From the NCBI GenBank assembly GCA_000182565.2, contig KQ257455.1: a stretch of 64,000 nt of DNA; one strand, written 5' to 3'. The notes beneath the pieces were generated by a model. That model worked only from the letters and a program-made list of their open reading frames with translations. It was not told where the DNA came from and did not search any database. Source of the DNA: Spizellomyces punctatus DAOM BR117. Its lineage: Eukaryota. Shown one piece after another: positions 54,313 to 64,000 of the stretch; within the stretch, counting starts at the first letter, position 1, and each line of letters starts with the position of its first letter. Position numbers and translations under genes: made by a program.

Positions 54313-54579
54313 GATGTATGCTTTTGAAGGATACCCAATCCGTAGATTTTACTTTGACAGTTTTTTGAAATGAAAGGCTTGGACTCCCAAGAGGCCGTTT
54401 TCAGTCTAAATAAAAGGGCGCGTCGCTAACGGCATTTTAACATTCTCGCCATGTGATGTCATGCTCTTTCGGACGTAGAGATTTTCATACGTTTTTTTTT
54501 CTTTATTATGGATATGTACAAGGTATTTGCATATTTAACATGACTACAAGGTTCAGTATTCAGAGATTAAGCAAGACTG

Positions 54580-55278
54580 TCAGCTCATGGCCTTATCATA
54601 GGCTGCCCAATAGTCGTCATCAGAGTCTACTTGATCACTACCACTAGCCTGAGTGGCATCGACCTGTGGAAGCAGGAATTGTTAATAAACTGCATGAGAG
54701 ACAATCTTGAGTTGAAAACGTACAGGCTTGTCATCCATCACCAGATCGTACGATTCCCAGTACTCCTTCTCATCATCGCAAACGTCTTTCACAACGAGTG
54801 ATTCATTCTGTCGCCCTACGGCGTCGACAGCTTCCTCCATACTTTTTGACCAATCCTGACAATAGGCTTCTAAACCAGCGGGCGTTTCCAAAAGGTTGTG
54901 GAACAACCACTTATTCTCCACCCTGCAGAGAACAACTAAACCTGCTCGTCCGCTCCACCTGTCACGCGCAAAAGGAACACAGGCATGGACGGTTTCACAG
55001 TCCCATACCCGGTAATACACGGGAGTGTCTGGCGGCATATCCTTTGCTGCATCCCATAGCTGAAGTAACTCTCGCGCATTGTCTTTTTGCCACTGGAACA
55101 GTTCGACCGGGTCTGCAAATGGGCTACCGTCCAACAGTCGGTGGCGATCCTTGACAAATTTGGATGACAAAAGAAGCAGCGGTTGATACGCCTCTGATTG
55201 CAGCAGTGATACGGCCAGGGAGGCAACACGGACAGGATCACATAAAGCCGTCGAGTCTGGAAAGCGCATTTCCACCAT
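54580..55278 (-). CDS. Hypothetical protein with repeated acidic YWxxYD motifs, 2 exons
   Basis: About 190-codon first exon, a GT-AG intron and a short last exon ending DDDYWAAYDKAMS. The earlier motif is DDEKEYWESYD. Confidence 0.6.
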
Positions 55279-55684
55279 ATGTTCAACTTGCAAGTCCAAG
55301 TCGTTGACGGCCCTCCATCCTGCAGCACACGTGACAGTCTTGACTAAGCCAAGGAGTGTCCGAAATCTTGTCCGAACAGAATATTAAACACGCCCTTTGA
55401 GAACAATCCTTTGAAAGGCCCAATTCACGTAAAAGCGCAGAAGGCATCTCCCATCCATCGCATCCATCCATCCATCCCGTCGTTCGTATTGCTAAATCCA
55501 AAGATACGCCAAACGAAATCGTTTCCATCCATCCATCTGCCATCCATCGCTTTTGAAGATTTTGGATTTATTTCAAACCAGCTGCAAAACCCGTCGCGAC
55601 AAACTGCCCAGGACCGTGAGTCACGCGCCTGACACTAGGACCCAATATACGATCTAGATCCTTATCCCATCTAAAGTTTCCACA

Positions 55685-57944
55685 ATGAACGGAATGCCAA
55701 TGATGGTGTGTATGACAGTGCTTTTGCAATGGATTTACTCGTCGCGTCAAACTCTATGGCGCGCTCATCGGGAGCGTAATGACTGTGAATGCGTGCTAAC
55801 TGTCTTTTATCGGGCAGCAACCACAAATTATCCTCCTGAAAGAAGGAACGGATACGTCCCAGGGAAAAGGACAGCTACTGTCCAACATCAACGCTTGCAT
55901 TGCTATTGCAGACACAATCCGCACAACGCTTGGACCACGAGGGATGGATAAACTGATTGTGGAAAACAATGGTGCGCAGATGCGGACATACGTTTCCCCC
56001 TTGTCTTTTGGGACAATGATGGTTGAAGTGTTTTCGTCCAACTTACGCGCCTCTCACAACTAGGCAACGTGACAATCTCGAACGACGGTGCTACCATCAT
56101 GAGGCTACTAGATGTTGTCCACCCAGCCGGAAAGGCACTTGTAGATATCTCAAGAGCGCAGGACGCGGAGGTGAGACGTCAGCGGTCAAACCACTTGCTA
56201 ATGGGGTACTTTGTTAACCTAAAAACAACGTATTATCACATAGGTGGGCGATGGAACAACGAGTGTAACGCTTTTCGCAGCCGAGCTCTTGAAAGAGGTG
56301 AAATCCCACATTGAAGAAGGAGTGGCCCCGCAGGTTATCATTAAAGGCTTCCGTAAAGCATCGACATTGGTATGCCCTCAGTATCTCAGTAATGGCCATA
56401 CATCTGTTTTTTAATGTTCCGTGTTCTCTACAGGCCGTGAACAAAGTGAAGGAACTTGCGGTTACTGTTGAACGTCAGAACGCAGCGTAAGCCAATCTTT
56501 ATCATGTCACGTCACTACGTGTGCTGTTTCATTGTCTCACCATTATTCATTCTTTAGTGAATTCCGTGACCTGCTGGAGAAATGTGCTGGAACGTCCATG
56601 TCGTCAAAGTTGATTCATTCCCACAAAGAATTCTTCACAAAAATGGTAGTTGATGCAGTACTGCATCTGGATCAGGAAGAGCTCAATGAAAGGATGATTG
56701 GAATCAAGAAACAGCCTGGAGGTGCTATGCAGGATTCCCTGCTCATTGATGGTGTTGCGTTCAAGAAGACGTTCTCCTACGCTGGATTTGAGCAGCAACC
56801 AAAGAGCTTTGTAAACCCAAAGATTCTTTCTCTCAATGTTGAACTGGAACTAAAGGCGGAAAAAGATAATGCTGAAGTTCGGATAGAGGAAGTGAAGGTA
56901 GACTATGTTTTTCTGGTCACGATAAGATACTTTCTCAATCTCATATACTTTGTTCATCAGGAATACCAAGCGATCGTGGATGCCGAATGGTCCATTATCT
57001 ATGATAAATTAGAGAAGATTGTCGCCACGGGGGCAAAGGTTGTGTTGTCGAAACTTCCTATCGGAGATCTTGCGACTCAATACTTTGCGGACCGGGACAT
57101 ATTTTGCGCTGGACGTGTGCCAAATGAAGACTTGATTCGGACGGTAAAGGCTGTGGGTGGTAGCATCCAGACGTCAGTAAATGACATCAAGCCCGAGCAT
57201 TTGGGAAGCTGCGAGCACTTTGAGGAGAGGCAGATAGGTGGCGAGAGGTACAATCTCTTCAAGGGTTGCCCTCAAGCCAAGACGTGCACTCTTGTCCTTC
57301 GCGGAGGAGCTGAGCAGTTCATCGCCGAGGTAGAGAGGAGTCTACACGATGCTATCATGATTGTTAGGAGAGCCATCAAAAACAAGGCGGTGGTAGCTGG
57401 AGGTGGTGCAACTGAGGTAATTTGAGGTGATGCTCATCTTAGGGATGACGTTCGTACTTACGACTGTTTTATCACTAGATGGAATTGTCAAAATACTTGC
57501 GCGACTACTCCCGCACTATCGAAGGAAAACAGCAAATGGTGATTGCTGCCTTTGCAAAGGCATTGGAAGTGATTCCGCGTCAGCTTTGTGACAATGCTGG
57601 TTTCGATGCCACTGATATCCTCAACAAGCTGCGTCAAAAGCATGGCCAAGGTATGGCATGGGTAGTCGCTTCCTTCAGTATATGTGATGAAGCTTACGAT
57701 TCCTTTCTCAGGTGGTATATGGTATGGTGTGGACATGGAAACTGAAGATATTGCGGACAACTACAATGGATTTGTCTGGGAGCCTGCGTTGGTCAAGACC
57801 AACATGATTTCAGCAGCCACGGAAGCAGCGTGCTTGATTCTGTCCGTCGACGAAACGGTCAAGAATCCGCAAAGCGAGCAGCCGGGTCAGGGTATGCCAC
57901 GCGGAGGTGGCCGAGGCCGGGGACGGGGTATGCCAAGGCGTTAA
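55685..57944 (+). CDS. CCT7: Chaperonin CCT/TRiC subunit eta
   Basis: [64 protein letters not shown]. Confidence 0.97.
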
Positions 57945-58166
57945 TGTTTGAATGATAAATGCAGAAGGAAGGATTGTAGTGTTGAAATTGGCTCTTGTAA
58001 ATGACCCGTTTACTCTTGTTCCTAATACAATTTTTGTCCATAATCGTTGCACAACATGCGGTCTAAACGGCCTTTGAAGACTACATCTCGTTGATGGCAA
58101 GATATACAAACCCTCACATTCTTTGAATCTAATTACTATCTCGACTATTCATCAGCTGGAATAATT

Positions 58167-59357
58167 CTATGAAGGTATCAACAAACTCTCGCACACAAGC
58201 ACAAACTTGCCGTCTGTACCGTCTGTTGATACCCCAGGTTGCGTTGATTGTGATTCATTCTGCGGTATCTTGGGTCCCAAGGCTGCCAATACACTTGCCA
58301 CCCAGTTTGCATCAGTCAATGGCGACAGATCTTCCGTGCCTTTCTTGTGAACCTCCCATGGTGGAGGTTTTGGCAATTTCTAGAGCTCTCTTCATTAGTA
58401 TGTTGGCTTTGCCAATTCATGACAATGCACATACCGCGCGAACTTTGCTGTACGGTTCCTCGCGACTGGAATACTCTCGTAATAGATGATTTGTACCAAA
58501 CTGGTGATAAAAGCGGGTATCATTTATTCTAAACAACACATCGTCGACCCGTAGGAAGAACCGCAGCAGAATCAGAAAGCATGATGGCATGACCCGCTTA
58601 AAATGCAAACGACGAGTTAAGAGCCAAGGTTCATCCAAATGCGTTATGCAGATGGCGTACCACGCGTAAGCTAAGAATCGCAGTCCCATTATCTGCCAGC
58701 TCATCTTCATATAAAATCAGTTCATCATAAAACATGATCGGATCTGGGCGTTTGAGACGTTCAATATCAATAAGTTCTTCCGATGGCTTGAATTCACTTC
58801 CAGTGGACTCAATCGTTCCAGTATAGTCGGTCGTATATGTCCAGTCGTAAGGTTTCACAACATCTTTAATCTTTTCGTGGGCTGCCGCGCTGCAACACAT
58901 GTATATTAGCTGATGAAGATCAGTTTCCTTTCACACATTCTAAGTGACGGCAGATCAATCGGCTTTCTAACCTTTTTTGGGACCAATGATCTGCATAAGC
59001 GACTTTTATTCCTTCTGCTGCAGCTGGGGACGCATCTACTCGCTTCAAGGCGTCGATAGCTTTGAAGGTGATCTGCAAGCCGGATTCATGGCACAGTGAT
59101 AGGTGGTTGTTTCCAAAGAGCATTTCAGGGTTGGGAATAGGGAGCTCTTGGGATGCTCTGTAAGAAAATATTTGCGGTGTTCTGGTTAGCTGGCTTGGAA
59201 GGGCAAGGAAATAGACATCTAGGGGATCATACCTGTCCAACTCGCTCGAGTTATAAATGGGCGCTTTGCGGGTGGTAATTGTCCAGCCATTCAATTTTAT
59301 GCCAGTCTCTTGGCCGTTGGCAATGAGCACGGGTTCTGTAGTGGATACTGCCGTCAT
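58167..59357 (-). CDS. TIP41: TIP41/TIPRL PP2A regulator
   Basis: PEMLFGNN, KPYDWTYTTDYTGT, LYEDELADNG, FFLRVDDVLFRINDTR. Confidence 0.95.
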
Positions 59358-60338
59358 GGCTGGTGGAGCAAGGTTGCAAGATGACCGTTTTGGCCGTCAG
59401 CTCAGAGTCGATCGCGGACGTCGCGCCACATAAGCCACAACCTCGTGAAGCCAATCATTGAATGCACTTGGTCTTTTGTACGTAATACGATGAAAGCTTA
59501 CAGCTGAACGGTTATCGTTTTCTTGTTTTTCTTTTGTTCATCGCTTGGTTCGTTATTTGCAGCAAGAATGACACACCGAGATATTTGGTTTTCGCACCCA
59601 CGCAAATATGGGAAAGGCTCTCGCCAGTGGTGAGGTTAAAAGAGTTTCGACACACAGAGAGCAGTAGATAGTTTCAACTAGTACCACTGGTTGGATAACG
59701 CCATATCTATTTTTATAGCCGAGTGTGCTCCCATCAGGCTGGTCTAGTCCGCAAGTATAATCTCAATATCTGCCGTCAGTGCTTTCGGGAGTATGCTTTG
59801 GACATTGGTTTTATAAAGGTAACAAGTGTGGCATATGTTTCCAATGTTTGGAGAGGCCAGCACTGAGTCAATGACATTCATGCATGCTTTTGATATGGTA
59901 GTATCGATAGCTAGCTTATTGTGGAATGGCCTTCAACCAGGTTGGGAGGATTCACGATCGTTGTTACATCCCATCTGTCTACATTAAGTGTAGCCCTGCA
60001 TTTTGCACATCACACGCCCTTGCGGAGACCCGAGCGCTACATTGTGACCATGCATCCTTTAATAGCCGATTAGGTTTCGGCCCAAGAGAGCGATATGCTC
60101 CATTTCGTCGCAGCTCCTCGCTCGTTATGGTGTGGTTTGAAGGCCCAATTCTTCTCCGCGTGGGTTTTGATCGAGGTCACGTGGTTTGCTGACGTTGGGT
60201 GAAATTGTTTCAACGGCAGCCGTTTCTGCACATTTGCAAGGAAAACAAAAAAGGATGACGGTTGGGTGTTCATAATCTCATATTCTTTATTTTCATTCTG
60301 CCGACGTTTTCCACATCCTACTTGGTGACTTTCTTTCT

Positions 60339-61417
60339 ATGGCCCAAGCACCAGCCCCGTTTCCGCCATGCTTGACGGATAAGGATTGTGTCGTCACTGG
60401 TGGGTTGGCTCCGAAATGCGTTATCAACGGTGCGGCCGGCGTGTGCTCTCCAAAAAAGTCTAGCACAACAAACACGCCAGCGGCAACACCAAAAGCGAAC
60501 CAGGCGGGCAATAAGAGTACTGGGGGTGTCTCCATACCAATGGTAAGCAACATGGAAGGAATGATCAGTTGTCCAAGAGTTTGTCCTAATACTGCTCTCG
60601 AAATCTGCCCCAGATAATTGGAGTGGTAGCAGGCGCCGCTGTTTTGCTAGCGATTGTGATTGGATTCCTGATTATACGAAAGAGGCGGGCACGAAGGGCT
60701 GCAGACGATCGGGAGAACACAAAAGATATTGAACAAGACGATGCACCAACTTTCATCAAAAAACATGCAGCCCGCTCAAAGCGTAAGACTGCTCAAGAGG
60801 CATTCAATAACCCGACGTTGGTACCTGTGGAAATGTCTTCTTCTCCATTTACGCCTGAACCTATCCCACCGCCTCCTCATGCCACCGTCACGCCACCGCC
60901 AATCCACGCATCAAGGACCAGCATGGCAAGTTCTCGCAGTGCGAGAACTGCTTATATTCATCCAGTAGCACCACCGCAAGCACTACCGGACGGGCCTTCC
61001 CACGACACACTTCTTAGGCACGCTGCAAATAACCCCTACCCGATCTACCAACCCATGCCATTAGGGCCCACGAACCCGCACGGCCTTGGCTTCTACTTTA
61101 CCGCCTTTGACACGACCTACACAGGTACACTTGACACTGCCACGGGGCAGTTTAGGTTCAATGACCAGTACCAATGCGATGATTACTACTACAAGTTGAA
61201 TGCAGTGCCATATTATATGGAATCCCGACCAAGTACAAGTGGAAGCGGAAGTGACTATGGGCGCGAGGGTTCTACAACTTTGTCCGCCTCTGGGGATACG
61301 GCAGTGGATTCTGAAAAACAGAGTCCACGAATGGAAGCAGCGTACAGACCAAGTTTAGACAGCGGCAGACCCACTTCCGTTTTCGTTGATGCAGGATTTA
61401 GACCACGGGGGATGTGA
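60339..61417 (+). CDS. Single-pass membrane protein with small Cys-rich ectodomain and Pro/Tyr-rich tail
   Basis: An intron at 60543-60614 joins exon 1 to the TM IIGVVAGAAVLLAIVIGFLII, followed by RKRRARR. Confidence 0.65.
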
Positions 61418-61755
61418 GCAGGTTTCGCAACGACCCGAGGGCGTTGAGTATACTGATACTGACCGATTAGTAGGATGTGAGCATTTGTGGGACACTGTAC
61501 ATTGAAGGAATTAGTGAATATATATTATGATTTTTTTTAAAAACTATCTGTTGGATAAAAGGAGCAAAAGGATGATGAGAAGACCTGATTAGCTAATCAG
61601 CAACTGAAATCGCGAAAGACTTTCGTTAGCCAGCATTCAGTTGGCCGAAATCCACCAACCACAATATACTTGTACATACCACCATTCTTGTATCTTTTAG
61701 TTTTTTGCTCCTCATAGGTTTGGGAGTCTTTGGTTAGCTTACCTTTCTTACTACC

Positions 61756-64000
61756 ATGACCGCCGCTGTACCTTATACCGACATCAATGCCAATCTCGCT
61801 TCCGACTTTGTTGCGGACGCCACAGAAACCGCCGTGTTTCGTCTAGCCGATATTCTACGACACCCCGACGACTTGACAAACAAGCTTGTGTCTGTCCGTA
61901 AACGCTTCGCCCTTGAGCGCGCAACAATTGACGCGCAACTGAAAACCGCAGTGGAGAGTCAACTGGATGATGCGCAACGAGGACTAGATACGCTAAGCTC
62001 TTCAAAAGATGAAACGGAGCGCATAAAAACCAATCTCTCCAACATTGATCAACTGTGTGCTGCTGCTCAAAACACCATTCGGAATTATGGGCGGATAAAG
62101 AGGATCTCGCGAACCCATCAAAACTTTGTTGCGACAAAGCAGATGGTGGAACAATTCCAGCAGCTAAACAGTCAAGTGGCACGGATACGAGGTCTACTTG
62201 AGGAGGATTCAAAGGAGCTTCTAGGACCTGCTCCTAATCTTCTCCTCATCCACTACAAGTTGCAGCAGCTTGAGACTTTTCGAAATAGTACCCTGGCCAG
62301 AGCACGACGGTCTCCCGCCGATGTTCTGAATACTCTTCACGAATACTTTCACAAAGTGGACCAACTTGAACACGAATTCGAGGAATATTTGTTTCGGCTC
62401 GCCCGTCGGACTGTTGATCTGATAAAGGGCGGCTATGCATCGACGGTTGTGAGGATGGTGAAGATAATAGAAACGGAAGAACGGGCTGATGAAATTGCAT
62501 CCGTGCAGGAGGTTGTTTCCCCATCCTCCATAAACTCGGATGATCATGTCTCCGATGTAGATCCGTCACAACCACGGCCAGTCAAATCCTATCGCATCAA
62601 ATTCTTCGATGCCCTACGTGATGGAATCGTTGAGGAGATAACTACGATGTATTCCAAAAACAAGGATGATCTGTCAAGTTTGTTGGCAGATTTCGACTCT
62701 GTAGTGGATAATCTCATTCTTGTCCATGATGAGGTCGTCCCACGTTTCCCGGAACGATATAATATCTTCCATTTCTATGTTTTGGAATATCACCGAGCGA
62801 TATATGATACCGTCAACAAGATAACCTCGTCCGCAATTGACGCTGGGGATATCCTTATGCTTTTGCGGTGGGTGCGGGATTACTATTCGTCCATGTCTTC
62901 ACGTCTAGACGTCAGTGAAGAACTTCTCGAGCCGCGTTTACTGGATGGAAAGGAAGATCAACTAACAGGAGACTACGTGAAGCTTGTTCGCTCGAAGCTT
63001 GCAGAGTGGCTTTCTAACATTCTTCGTACGGAAACTGTGGACTTTCTGGAACGGCGACATGCACCCGAGACGGATGGGTCAGGGAATTACCTTCTTACGG
63101 GCTCTGTTATTGTATTCCAAATGTTCAATCAGCAAGTTGATGTTGTGTCCTCCTCGTCTCGTGGACAGCTGCTCTTTGATGTTATGCAAGAGTGCTGCGT
63201 GACTCTTGACGAATTCCATAAAGCCTGGACGCGAATACTAGACACTGAATATCAAAAGTTTCTTGATAAATCACCCGACCTGGCAGAAGGACTGCCTGAC
63301 TATATTGTGGCACTGGCCAATGATTGCCTTCGGAGTAGCGAGTTCTCGGAATCGTTATTAGAACGGACGGAACCTCTGATTGATGGGTCGTTTCGGCCGC
63401 AACTGTCGCAGAAAATCAAGGATGCCACAGACGGGTTCATGAAAGTATCGCGGCGTGCATCTCAGATACTCGTGGAAATTGTAATAGCTGATCTTCGTCC
63501 TGCGGTTAATCTCCTACACTGCCAACCACAATGGTACGACCAAGATTTGATGCGTCTCGTCATTGGCACTCTAGAGGACTACTGCGATGATTTTCACGTA
63601 ACGATGGCGGAACTCCTCTTCAACCGCTTCACAACTGAACTCATGGATCGAATGGTTGGCTGCTATATTGAATCTCTCCGAAACAAAAATGTCAAGTTTC
63701 GCATGCCCATGGCCACCGAAAAAATGCGAGCAGAGCTGTCACAAGTCATTGATTTTTTCACCCGTTACAAAACCGCGAAGCGTGTCAAAGCGGCGTTTGA
63801 AGTCATGGAGAAAATTATCGGCTTTGTGGAGAGTTCTCCCAAGATGGCTTTCCTGGACTTTTATTCCTTGTGGAAAGCGTACCCCGACTGTCCAATTGAA
63901 TTTTTTGAGTGGTTGCTCAGTAAGAGGGATGATTTGGATAAGACGCAGGTTAGAGAGGTGATGGACGCGTGTAGAAGCAAAGCTCAGGAAGAACGGCCTG
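61756..64000 (+). CDS. SEC6: Exocyst subunit Sec6/EXOC3 (runs off the window end)
   Basis: RLADILRHPDDL..KL...ERATIDAQLKTAVESQL, FPERYNIF, YIVALAND. The frame appears open to the window end. Confidence 0.9.
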   Translation, partial: MTAAVPYTDINANLASDFVADATETAVFRLADILRHPDDLTNKLVSVRKRFALERATIDAQLKTAVESQLDDAQRGLDTLSSSKDETERIKTNLSNIDQLCAAAQNTIRNYGRIKRISRTHQNFVATKQMVEQFQQLNSQVARIRGLLEEDSKELLGPAPNLLLIHYKLQQLETFRNSTLARARRSPADVLNTLHEYFHKVDQLEHEFEEYLFRLARRTVDLIKGGYASTVVRMVKIIETEERADEIASVQEVVSPSSINSDDHVSDVDPSQPRPVKSYRIKFFDALRDGIVEEITTMYSKNKDDLSSLLADFDSVVDNLILVHDEVVPRFPERYNIFHFYVLEYHRAIYDTVNKITSSAIDAGDILMLLRWVRDYYSSMSSRLDVSEELLEPRLLDGKEDQLTGDYVKLVRSKLAEWLSNILRTETVDFLERRHAPETDGSGNYLLTGSVIVFQMFNQQVDVVSSSSRGQLLFDVMQECCVTLDEFHKAWTRILDTEYQKFLDKSPDLAEGLPDYIVALANDCLRSSEFSESLLERTEPLIDGSFRPQLSQKIKDATDGFMKVSRRASQILVEIVIADLRPAVNLLHCQPQWYDQDLMRLVIGTLEDYCDDFHVTMAELLFNRFTTELMDRMVGCYIESLRNKNVKFRMPMATEKMRAELSQVIDFFTRYKTAKRVKAAFEVMEKIIGFVESSPKMAFLDFYSLWKAYPDCPIEFFEWLLSKRDDLDKTQVREVMDACRSKAQEERP

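Noticed and set aside
54320-54340. GTATCCTT (U12-type donor-like) on the minus strand
   Set aside because: It lies about 20 nt before the YPD1 ATG, with no room for a branch site or acceptor.

Overview
Gene-dense, intron-rich eukaryotic DNA from a fungus, most likely a zoosporic (chytrid-type) lineage. It carries fungal markers (MGM101, YPD1, fused LEU1, NUR1/Mug154, ACL4) together with the centriole/basal-body gene HYLS1. About 35 protein-coding genes are supported, mostly housekeeping, many in head-to-head pairs with roughly 170-400 bp between start codons. I saw no rRNA, tRNA, CRISPR array or transposon, and I cannot support a new multi-gene system here. The most notable observations are: (1) an obligatory 2-nt exon in the ING/PHD gene; (2) an RFX X-box motif (GCCATRGCAAC) recurring in four divergent promoters, including that of HYLS1; (3) poly-G tracts paired with GAACGCG in three promoters; (4) a one-base frameshift in a complex I accessory-subunit gene; (5) frequent AAG splice acceptors and one GC-AG intron; (6) unusual gene content (plant-type PEX22, soluble MIA40, AT-hook ORC4, CapA-like and GH114 enzymes, a small fascin-like gene). 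Gene spans run start to stop and include introns. Family calls come from motif recognition by eye, not database searches.
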